Source of the DNA: Vitrella brassicaformis CCMP3155
Taxonomy: Eukaryota; Protista; Chromerida
Length of the DNA: 64,000 nt
Assembly: GCA_001179505.1 (NCBI GenBank)
Contig: CDMY01001028.1
Location: 1 to 64,000, forward strand
Direction of reading: 5' to 3'
In this document: positions 1-10,623 of the stretch, in pieces
How positions within the stretch are numbered: position 1 is the stretch's first letter
Layout of the letters: each line of letters begins with the position of its first letter
Translations under genes and position numbers: made by a program
Notes under the pieces: model-generated
What the model was told of the DNA's origin: nothing
Seen by the model: the letters and a program-made list of their open reading frames with translations, nothing else
The model's database searches: none

Positions 1-149
1 AGGGAGGGAGGGAGACACACAGAGACAGAGAGACAGATGGATATAGAGACACCTGTGTTCAAATGGGTGTATTGTGTTCACTGCCTGTCTTCTGCACCAG
101 CAAAGGCACGCACTGGAGGGCAAATGCAGCCGTCGCTGGGCCGCTCAGC

Positions 150-512
150 TCACTGCACACACCAACTCATGCACACAAAGATACACACACATGATCGATT
201 GGATGCGGTGCGAGACAATGCATGCCCCTCTCCGTCTCTCTCCCAGCACATTGCCGAGCCCGCCAGAGCGAAGTAGGCGAAGAGCGGCAGAGCGATCGCA
301 GAAAGCACCTTCAGCCACACGCGCATCGACACAGCCATCAGATCCTTCTCGCGAGGCAGCACCAAACCAAACGCCACACCACGACCGGCCGGCACACCTA
401 ACCAGTCAAGCAAGAGCAGTCGGGTGCTCGTATTCGTGCTAAGCTCGGCTCTCTTGACCGACCAGGGACGGCACGGAGCGGCGGCGGGGTGATCATTCGC
501 GACGTGTCGCTG

Positions 513-544
<32 letters not shown>

Positions 545-760
545 GGAGAGAGACTCACGAGCGAACATGAGTGAGTGAGTGAATGTCTCCCTCTCTCTCT
601 TGTGTTGTGTTGTGAATGAGCCCGCCCACCCAGCGACGGGATACGGTGCGACTTTGTTGTGTTGTAAGCTGATGTGCACGGGCAGTCCATCGCGGCCGAC
701 GAGTGTGCGGTGGCCATTATGGTGTGTGTTGGTGCGCTCGTACGAGTGGACAGCGCCATG
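150..760 (-). CDS. Probable exons of a membrane-protein gene running off the left edge
   Basis: Hydrophobic protein-like stretch GVAFGLVLPREKDLMAVSMRVWLKVLSAIALPLFAYFALAGSAM within ORF 150..524, flanked by microsatellite intron-like DNA. Exon structure unresolved. Confidence 0.3.
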
Positions 761-1013
761 TGACGCCAACCACTGATTGATTGCATTGCTGTGTGTCACA
801 TGGAGTAGATTTTCTCTCTCTCTATCTTTCAATCTGCCGTCCGTCTGTCCGCTGTCCGTTCATTCCTTCCGCCCTTTCTACCTTTCTTCTGTCTTGTCCA
901 GCATCCACCCATCCGTCCACCCCGCCCGCCCGGCGCATGCCATGCACTCAGTCAGTCATTAATGAATGAGACACAGCCAGCCAGCCAGCCAGCCAGACAC
1001 GTATGTATCACTA

Positions 1014-1488
1014 CTAGTCCAAGTGGGACTTCCAGTCGCAGCTTCTTGTCGACGTAACTGTCAACTCATCGGTATTGTCGTAGAAGAAGAGCTTGCATGC
1101 CAGCCCCTTTCCGCACCATTTCGTGAAGCCACAGTGATCCCCAAAATCGCCGCGTTCCTGCGCTCATACACACACGCATACAGAGTCACAGTCCGTGCAG
1201 GCACCACGTATTCGGCCTGGTTGGATCGGCACTTGGATCGTCACTGGCTGTTGTCCTTTTCTCTTTTCGCACCTTGCAGAGACCCTCCTGGTCAATCTTG
1301 CCGGTCTCGTCGTCAACCTGCTTGTAGCATTTCAGGCCTTTGGGGCAGTCCTTGCTCTTCGTGCAGGGCTCGGGCAGGCTGTCCTCAATGCGAATGTGTT
1401 CGGCGGAGAAGAGGATGGAGAGCCCCATTGCAGTGAAAAACACCGCGGCAAGGGCGACGAAGAGCGCGAGCTTCAGGCCGGCCACCAT
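1014..1488 (-). CDS. Small secreted or membrane-anchored cysteine-rich protein, 119 aa, 2 exons
   Basis: Exon 1 is 1488-1273 and exon 2 is 1157-1014, joined by a phase-0 GT-AG intron. Product: MVAGLKLALFVALAAVFFTAMGLSILFSAEHIRIEDSLPEPCTKSKDCPKGLKCYKQVDDETGKIDQEGLCK|ERGDFGDHCGFTKWCGKGLACKLFFYDNTDELTVTSTRSCDWKSHLD*. It has an N-terminal hydrophobic leader and 8 Cys. Confidence 0.7.
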
Positions 1489-1701
1489 AACGGAGAGGAC
1501 GTCGGTTCAGGCGTGCGTGCCAAACGAAAAGAAAAGAAAGAAACTTGAACTTCAAGGTGCGCCTGAGGGCCGCCTTTGCGAGCTGTGTGCAGGCCCCCCC
1601 CTCCGCATGCAGCAACTTGAACAAGCAGGATCCCCAACTGACAGTCAGCTCTCGTGTACATAGCAGACAGACAGACGGAGAGGCAAACAGATATATCACT
1701 A

Positions 1702-2735
1702 CAGTCCTGACATCGTAAGTGGGTCACCGCATAAGCGGGTCAATTGCGTATGTGGGTCAGCCCCTCCCGATCACTCTGTACACAGTCAAAGACGGACCGG
1801 ATAACCGGGTCAGCTCCCAAAGAGACTCAAATCAGCCATCCAAACCGACCATTCATAGCTCAAAATGACCGCAAGACGATGACGAACCTCTCTGTGAAAG
1901 AGCGGACCGATGAAAGAGTGATTCCATGGAGAAATACAGACATTTTGATGGTCATCTTCTGAGACGAATCAAAAGGCGACAAAAAGGCGAGTTTGCTTGG
2001 CGAGGTTGATCACGATGTAAACGGAAGAGCAGCTGCTTCACGTTTGAGGCACGAACACCCATTTGTGACAAGCAAGAGGGTGGTCAACAGAGTCACCTGA
2101 GGCATCTGGCGTCATTCATCAGCCGAACACACGTTTGTGCAGCCATGATGTGACTGCAGTCATTCCATGCATGATGCATCACTTCGCCCTCCGCCCACCC
2201 ACCCGCCCCATCCGCCCACCCACTCATCGTGAGAGCGATTTGATGGCCATTTCGACTGATGCATTCACTGCTGCAGGCGGCGGGAAGGCATGATTTATGT
2301 GATTTGCTTCCTGTTATGCTTGCTGTTCATGCCTTTCGTGCCATCATGGGCCCATCAGACACCGTTGATGACGCCAAGTGCATGTGTCGACGACGAATCT
2401 TTTTGCAAAATCACTCAGGCTGCATCACTTTGCGTGGCGTGTGTGGAGATCAACGATGAATCAAACATTCGGAGACATCCAATGGCTCTCGCAGCCATCC
2501 AAGGTCTGATTGAATGAATGAGAGAACGAACAGACGGTTTTTCGTCGTTTTGAGTGACTTTGAGCGAGAAAAAAAGAGTCAATGGGCTTCTGAGAGGCTC
2601 CTGTGATTCATTCACAGCGAAATATCACTCCAAAAGTCGCTGGAAAACAAGTGGGTCAGCTCTGTAGTACGTATAAGCGGGTCAAACGCGTAAGTGGGTC
2701 AGCCCTGTACTGACCCACTTACGCGGTCCGGACTG
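1702..2735. mobile_element. Non-autonomous Tc1/mariner-type DNA transposon (MITE), 1,034 bp
   Basis: 25-bp terminal inverted repeats match at 22/25: left CAGTCCTGACATCGTAAGTGGGTCA (1702-1726), right 2711-2735 reverse-complemented CAGTCCGGACCGCGTAAGTGGGTCA. TA flanks both ends (1700-1701, 2736-2737) and the element starts CAGT. Repeated TAAGYGGGTCA subterminal motifs occur at both ends. No transposase ORF. Confidence 0.78.
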
Positions 2736-2830
2736 TACCAGGAAGGGTCTGGCCAAAAAGTTGACTTTGTAGCCAAAGCTAGCTTTTTGAGCTGCGAGCT
2801 GTCGATCTGGGCGAAAGGTGACTTTCCGAA

Positions 2831-2923
2831 GCAAAAAGACAGCTTCCTCCACCAAAAAGATGGCTTTCTGACCAAAAAGATGACTCGCCATTGCAAAAAG
2901 ATAGATCATCCATCAAAAAGATA
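2831..2923 (+). repeat. Degenerate 20-21 bp minisatellite with phased A5 tracts (CAAAAAGA core)
   Basis: A5 runs start at 2833, 2854, 2874, 2895 and 2915 (spacing 21, 20, 21, 20). A further copy starts at 2755. Confidence 0.7.
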
Positions 2924-3644
2924 GCTTCTTGGTTCGCTGCTGTGACTGTGTGTACAGTACTAATCAGCCATCGATCACATCGATCACACAGTCACAACGC
3001 GTACGTACGTACATCGATCACATCGATTACGCCGCTCATTCAATCGGTCGCCTACGGCAGACCGAGAAAGACACATCAATCTTTATCGCCCGCCTGCCTG
3101 CCTGCCTGTGGGTCGGTGTGAGTGCATCGTGTCTGAGTGTGTTCTGGTTAACTATATAAGGTGGGTGCATTTGCGTGTGGTTTGTGCAGTCTGGGATGAA
3201 TGACATGCGTCCATGAACCGATCGATGTCGCGAGAGTGTGAGTGTGAGTGTGTGTGCATGTGTGTATGCGTGTGGCTGTCTGGATGTGTGCTCCGATCCC
3301 GTGTGTGAACACTACCACATATGGCCGAGGGATTTGGTGCCGATCCAGTGAGACACTAAATGGACACACCACTAATTCCCTGAGGACGCATTGCCACTTG
3401 ATGACCAAAGCTGTCGCAAGAGAGAGCGCATTTCATCATGCAGTCAATTGTCATGTGTGTGGGCACACACCCAAGCACCGCACACGGACACGACGCACGC
3501 AACACAGAGCACACGCTCACGAATGGATGAATATACATACATACATATAGTACATAGATACATATATATATATATGGCCTTTCATAGATAAAAGGATCGA
3601 TAAAAGGCTAGGCACGAACAACCATCCCCAGCCAACTCCCACAC

Positions 3645-6600
3645 TCACCTGGCTGTCAACGCGTGCAGGTGCTCTCTACACCCCTGTCTGGGCGTCGCAA
3701 TCAGCTGTGATTGATGGGACACGGCCAAAAGATATCTGTCCCTGTCACAGCACACGCCGCCGAACGGCGGAAGGGGAAAAATGAGAGCACACACGAAAAT
3801 AAACGCAGCAGATGGCACGCACACAGACAGGCAGGCAGGCAGGCATGCAGGCAGGCAGGGAGGGAGGGAGGGATAAAAGGGCAGGAGTATCCATCCGTCC
3901 ATCCGCTCCCCGTCTCTAGATAAAAGACACCCCACCAAGCGATCACCACATATATGTGTGTATGCGATTTCGCATGTATGTATGTATGCATGTGGATACA
4001 GGTAGCCCGGCCCATCCCTTCATTCGTCCATCCATCCATCCATCCATTCACTCGATTCCCATAAGGTTGTCGATGTTGGCAGACGGCACGCAGCTACCGG
4101 GCGACCTCTCGCCGTCCACCTCCATGGCACCACGGCTGTCCTTGCCGCGCCTCTCCCGCCGCCCACGGTTGATCGCCTGCTTGCGGGGGGCCTGGCTGCT
4201 CCTGCCCTTGACGATGGCCACAGAAGGAGTGCCCTTCGTCAAGGAATGGACGTCAGGCCCCGAAAACTCATGGAATGGAGGCGGGGAAGGGGAGGGGTGT
4301 GCGGGCTTGCTCCGCTTGTTGCTGCTGCCCTTGCTGCCGTTGCCGCTGTGTCTGTCGTCGTCGTTCCCAAAGTCTGAGTCGTCGTCGTGCAGCGTCGAGC
4401 CGCCGCCCAATGAGCGGACGGGAACCGTCCGCATCATATATTTCTCGATCACCTGCATCCATCGATCGACACATTCGATTTGCATATTCATTTGTACGTC
4501 CCTTCCAGAGAGCCAGTGTGTGGTGTTCTTTCTGTGCTGCGGTGCGGTGTTGACTCTCCTTCCCACCGACCCACCGACCTGTTTGTCGATCATGAGTGAG
4601 GTGATGATTTCCTTGCGCGTCTTGGCGGACATGCTGTTGTCCAGGAGCCAGTCGCGGAGGATCTTCTGCAGGCTCTCGGCATCGACGGACTCGTCGTCGC
4701 CATCCGAGTACTTGATGTCGAAGTAGCCACGCTCTCTCACGCCCTCAACACGACCCTGCACACAACGCAACACAACAATGCACACAATCCACAGACACCC
4801 ACGGACTGCGTGAACGCGTCGGGCGGACACCTCAAAGGCGCCCATCGCAAATTTCCGCTCGATTGCGGTCTTGTTGATGCAGATGCCCAGCAGGGGAATC
4901 CAGCCTTCCACCGCCTGCCACTTCTCGCCCCCACCGCCCAGCGCCCCACCGACTTCGGACGCTGCACACACACGGACGGACGCGGCACACGACGCGACGG
5001 TAAAGGAACGCATGCTGTATTGGTGAGTTGGCCGACCTTTTCTGTGGTCAGCCGCGGCGGCCACGGCGAGGCTCTTGTGCTGCAATGTGCTGCTCTTGTT
5101 CTGCCTTTGGCGCCGCTGCTTGTCGCCCTTGCGGCCAGACCCGTCACGCGACCGCACGTTCGTGTAGGCCCGGACCACTGAATGCACAATCGTCACAGAG
5201 AGAGAGGGAGGGGGGAAAGGAATGCATGTGTGGCGTTTGAATGAATGATATTCAGCAGGCCTCCTTATTACGTGCGCCGATGGTGTTTTGGGCGACGTCA
5301 CGTTCGGTCTGGTCCCTATTAGCGTCGTAATCGCGGGCCAGATGAAGGCACTGCACCCTGCGTGCAGCGCACACACACACATACACACATACACACACGC
5401 ACCGGCGCACGCGTATGCAAATAGCACGCGACGCGCACGAGAGAGACTCCTCCTCTGACTCACCACCCCACCCACCGACCCACCTGCAGTTGATGTGAAG
5501 TCCCTCTGGGTCTGCGCCTTTCTTGCGCTTCTTGCAGGCGCCGCACGGCTTGAGCGTCGAGAATGCGTCGTCACTGAGGTGGGCGCTCTTGAAGCCCCTG
5601 ACACCCCGGCTGCCCCCCTGCACCAGCGGCTGCTTCATGTTGCGCGTGCAGCCCCCCTGCACACACAGACACAGACGCAGACAGGGAGACATATGTAGGC
5701 GGATGTCCCACAAACATTCATTCTCTGGTGCATCCATCTGTAGGTTGGGTGACGGACGGGGCGGTGGTCTGCGTTGTAGGCGGCCGAGTGGACGCGACGG
5801 AGCCGCCGGACTGAGAGGGGATGATTCTTGTTGCCACCCGACACGGCGTCAGCCACACGCCTGACCGACACAGTCATTCCACAGACAGACAGCCATGTCG
5901 ACTCGGGTGTGTGTAGGCGAGTCAGTCAGTCAGTCGCTCACTCGCTAAGCGCCACGCAGTTGGGACAGAACCACTCTACGTCATCTGCAACAGACACCAC
6001 AGGAAACATCAAATCTTGAGGCGAGTGTGGCTGTCGTCTGTGAGTCGTGCGCATGCCTCCCTCCCTCCCACCCTCCCTCCCTCCCTGTCTGTCTGTCTGT
6101 CTGCCAGCACAGGTACCTGGTGGCGTATCATTGGGCTGCAGTCCCAGGCAGTGCAGGTGGAAGGGAAAGGCGCACCCGTCACACACTATCGAGCCAGTGG
6201 CGCCCAGTGGCGGCCCTCCTGCGATTGAGATGTCATCCCTCATCTGGTCGGACGTGCCGATGGGGTGGGGGTCGGGCTGCTGACAGATGCCGCACAGGGT
6301 GTGCTCGGGCGACGTCTCGCCAAACGGGTCCTGGTCAATGGCGTCGGCGTCACTGGAGGCCGGGATGGCCGGGATGCCTGCAGTGCGTGGGTAAATAGGT
6401 GCACGTGTGGCTGTGTGTACGGATGCCGCATCGCTCACCCTGAGCTTCGGCGCGGAGGAGGCGTGCGGTCAGCAGCTCGTTGCGCAGCCCCCGCATGGCC
6501 AGCTCACGCACACGCTCGAACCACAGACGACCGAAGTCGGCGACGATCTCATCCTGACACACAGACAAACACACAGACAGACAGACAGACAGACGGAGAG

Positions 6601-8033
6601 GCACGAGCCGCGTGTATCTGTGTGCGCATGTATGTATGTATGTGTTGGCCATCCATTTCTCCACTCACCCCCGGGTATATGCGCACTCCGGGAATGGTAC
6701 ACAACACCACGTGGGGCCACCCGTCCTCGTATATCTGGTGCCAGCAGGCGTTGACGTGGAGGTTTTTGGGTCCGTTGGGGTTGGCGCACAGGTCGATCGC
6801 CTCATAGTGATTCACCAACGCTGAGCAGCAAAGACACACATCCACACAGGGAGGGAGGGAGAGTAAGCAAGCCGGCCCCATGCACACATTGCGATGCGAT
6901 CGATGTGCGCGCATCTTGAACGACCGAACGGACTGACCCATTTCGTTGTGGAACCGTGACGCGTCCACGACCCACTCGTCATCGTGTGGCAGCACCAGCT
7001 CCTGCTTGCGGCCGCGTGGGCCCCCAACAGACCCATGGTCGCCGCGGACAGAAGCTACCCGTGACTTGTCGCTGCGGACAGCTCGAGGGTCGAACTCTGC
7101 ATACGCGCGTGGGTGTTGCGAGGGGAGCACGTGACAGGACATGACATGAGATGATTGACGAATGGGCGGGGCGCGTGTGGTGGGTTGGTGGCGTACCGAG
7201 TCTGAATACGTAAGTGGTGTTCTCCTGCCCCGTTTCGTCCAACTGCGGTTTGCACACCACCCCTGTGTACTCGCCCAGTACCACGGGCAACTGCAGCCAT
7301 CCATCCGCACAAGCCCGCCCCGCCCACACGGCACGGAGCCAGCCAGGCAGGCAGCCATACGTGAAGACCCACCGGCGCAGCCCATTCATTCATTCATTCT
7401 TTCTTTCATTCCTTGACTCACCCTATCGTCAATATGTTTGGTGTCGTTGAGGACGAGCGAGTAGCATTTCTCCGAGAGGGGTGTGGCGAACCTGACAGGG
7501 TGTCGGTGGTCTACAATCTCCACGACAGCCAGGCGGGGGTCGACCCCTCCTTCCAACACACAGTGCGTCGCCGAGTCCCACAGCGCCGCCTGATTCCGGC
7601 AGTGAATCGTGCCGGACACACCACCAAGACCTGCATATCATCGCACACAGGGCAGGGCAGGCTGTTCATGCAGCAGTTGTGCAGCTGTCTGTATGTCTGT
7701 CTGTCTGTGTCATGCATCTTCGATCTATCTATCTATCTCCCTCCCTCCCCACCGACAGCCGGACCGACCTGAGGAGAAGAGGTGGGGTTTGTTTCCTCCC
7801 TCCCTGCTGCCACTGCCGGCTCCGCGTGAGGCGGCCTGGATGGTGTGCTTGAGGGTATCCGAATCGGGCGTGAGCGCCTGCTTCAGGGCCGGCATCTTGT
7901 TGCGCTCCTTCAGCACCTCCTTGAACTGCACGAGGCGAAAGGCATTGGAGATCTCACACCGCGGGCTGCTCGATGAACAAGATGACGCCATTACCGCTAT
8001 CTGCCTATCTATCTCGAGGAAAGATGACGCCAA
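3645..8033 (-). CDS. Multi-exon SET-domain protein (putative lysine methyltransferase) with PHD finger and Tudor-like segment
   Basis: Spliced exons give SET motifs VLGEYTGVV (~7270), WVVDASRFHNEM, LVNHYE..PN..VN..W..IYEDGWPHVVLCTIPGVRIYPG|DEIVADFG..WF. PHD finger: CGICQQPD..IVCDGCAFPFHLHCLGLQPNDTPP|..WFCPNC (5960-6330). Tudor-like YFDIKYSDGDDESV (~4700). 3' end uncertain. Confidence 0.75.
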
Positions 8034-8092
8034 GCTGCAGGTGAGCCTCGCCGCCGATCCACCTGCCGTTTGCCGTTTGAACTTAGAAAGAG

Positions 8093-9440
8093 ATGAAGGC
8101 CTTCAAAGAGGTGAGTAGGTCACGGGAGAGCTCGAGCAGCTAGTTGCCGAGCAGGCAGTGCCTTTCCTTGGCCTCCTTCCCTTTCTGTACGTATGTATTG
8201 CAGCCTGCAGGTTTTGACGTCAACTCCACCCTCGTGATATCCGACTTCCCTTCAAGCGTCGATGAAACCGCCGTCTTCAACCTGGTAAGGACTCTGCGCG
8301 TGTTGTCACTCCCTCTTTCCCTCTCTCTCTCTCTCCCTGTCTGTCTGTCTGTCTGTCTTTGTGTGGTTGTCATGCAGCTCTGCTGGGTGGCCCCTGTGAT
8401 TCGTGTGCAGCGCGTGGCCTCCCAGCAGGTCAAGAATGGCTTCTGCGTGGTCTTCTGCGACCCCCCAGCGGCCGAGAGGGTGGCCGCCCGCACCATTGTG
8501 TGGCCCGGCAGGAAGGGCGAGAGGAGACCCCTCACCGTGCAGCGCATTGAGCGGCGCCCGACTGGCCTGACACTCGTGACCGCGTCTGTCATGAACACCA
8601 TTGATACGGTGAGTGTGTGGGTGCCGGAGTCGTGGCTGAAGCCACCACTGCAGTGTGTCGGTTTGGGATTGTTTTGTTGGGTGCACTGCAATCACTGGCT
8701 GGGTGGCTGGCTGCAGCTGTCTCATGAGGTGCAGAATCCCGACGTGGCGATTCGGACAGCAGGCCGCAGGATGTCCCAGCTTGCCTTATCTGGTAGGGTA
8801 GGTAGGGCATCATGCACCTACTGTACTCTTTCGTGTTGATTGGTGGGTGCACTCTGAGCGTTCATTCTTTGTCTCTGTCTGTCTGTGTGTCTGTCTGCCA
8901 GGCGCAACTGCGGTCTCCTTGATCGTGTCAGAAAGTACGCACATCTGCGTACGTAGTCGAGAAAGCGGCCCCCATGTATTTTTGTCACGCGTCTTCTTCA
9001 GGTGTGTCTGACGTGGCTGCCACGGTCGTACAGACAGGAGAGAGAATATTGTGTGTCTCCTCCTCCTCCTCTCTCGCGCTATGGATGGATGGCATGGCGT
9101 GCAGGTGCACAGGTGGGGCTCAAGCGAGGCTGTCGACGCTCACTCTCAGCAGGGCTCGTCGGGCCAGCAGCAGGGTGCTGGTGGTGGGGGTGTGTGATGC
9201 AAGAAGTGTTGGCTTGCTGCCGGTCTGTGTGGTGTGGTGTGGTGATGGACGGATGGACGCAAGGCGGAAGAGGCGGTTGATCGATGGGAAGATGACTTGG
9301 AAGCGTCGTGGCGTCACGGCTGCTTAGATGGTGGGATGTGGCACGCCCACCAGCCAGACGCAATTGCTATTGATTACATTGCGTGCTCGGTGACCCTCAA
9401 TGGCCATCAGGCTGGGCATAGTTTCGTGGCGGGTGCATGA
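8093..9440 (+). CDS. RRM-domain RNA-binding protein, multi-exon
   Basis: ATG AAG GCC TTC AAA GAG|gtgagt, then exons STLVISDFPSSVDETAVFNL|LCWVAPVIRVQRVASQQVKNGFCVVFCDPPAAERV with RNP2-like and RNP1-like motifs. Later exons are tentative. Confidence 0.55.
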
Positions 9441-10278
9441 GTCGGCTGTGGCGTATACGCAATACTCGGCCAGCATCGCACGTGTCATATGATGTGTCTC
9501 TCCTCGACATGTGCCTCGCTGCGCTGCATTGATCTGTGGATGGATGGACGGATAGACTGCCGGATGGCATGTGTGCGTCCTCACATGAAGTGTCATCCAT
9601 AGATGAGTAGAGAAGATGCACATGCCTGGGACCACCGATGCACTGACTGACTGACGATGTAAGTCGAGTAGATAAGCCCCTTATCTATCAACGGGCTCAC
9701 TCACTCACGTTAGCTGCGTGGTAAGTTGGGTGGTGATTCATAAATACAATATTTATTTGACAGATGGCCACGCACACACACACACACACAGGTCCATCCA
9801 TCCACAGCATCCATCCATCGCACCATGCAAGAAGGTACGAATGCACTTCCACACCACACCACCCCACACCACCCCAGGCCAGCCCACCCAGCCCATGGTA
9901 TGGCCCTTCCTTGCTCGTTTCCTCTTCAGGCCCCTCCAAAACCACATACAAACACACGTACACACACACACGCACACACAGCCATCCAGGCAGGCAGGCA
10001 GGCAGGCAGGCACACGATGTGCCTTTCTGCGTACGTCATCGGCCGGCCGGCCCCGCTGCTGGTTGTGTTCTCACATATGAGTGTCACGATAGTCAGTTTG
10101 CAATGGGATTTGATCGGCCGGCTCCAAGAAACGAACGGATCACCTTCCCATTCTGCAGTGACGTGGCGCCAGTCGAGTCACACGAGTACTGTGATGGGAT
10201 GACGACCGATTACCCCCTCGGAAGGATTTTTTTCTTTTTCTTCGTTACGAACTGGGAAAAAAAGGGCTCCTGAGGCTA

Positions 10279-10317
10279 CCCTAGACCCAAACCCTAGACC
10301 TTAAACCTGGAACCCTG
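10279..10317 (+). repeat. Degenerate telomere-like (CCCTAAA-type) repeat patch
   Basis: ccctaga-cccaaa-ccctaga-ccttaaa-cctggaa-ccctgg. Confidence 0.4.
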
Positions 10318-10623
10318 GTGTCGGCAAGTCGTACAGATTGGCGTGTGCGCGTGTGGAGGAGAAATTTTGTCCAGCGCTCAAAATTCATCGGTGTCGGGTG
10401 GTCCGATGCATTTTGCTGTTTGTTTGATTAGTTTTTTGTCTTTGTACAGAAGAAACAAAAATGCGCCGCTTTGCATATGCCCATGCCTCTCGTCCTACGC
10501 ATCAAGGAAATCTCTTGCATCAACTACAAACCTGACAACGACCCGGTGTTCGCTGGCGGGATCATCGAATGGGTCACCTCTCATGTGATGTGTCTCACGT
10601 GTGTCTCTCTCCCGTCCCGTCAT

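Noticed and set aside
3956-4726. Long plus-strand ORF (256 aa) and similar long antisense ORFs such as 19726..20682, 42003..42935 and 29865..30509
   Set aside because: They are shadows of GC-rich coding exons on the opposite strand and have no recognisable domains.
9668-9688. tagataag-ccc-cttatcta hairpin
   Set aside because: An isolated 8-bp stem with no context, compatible with chance.
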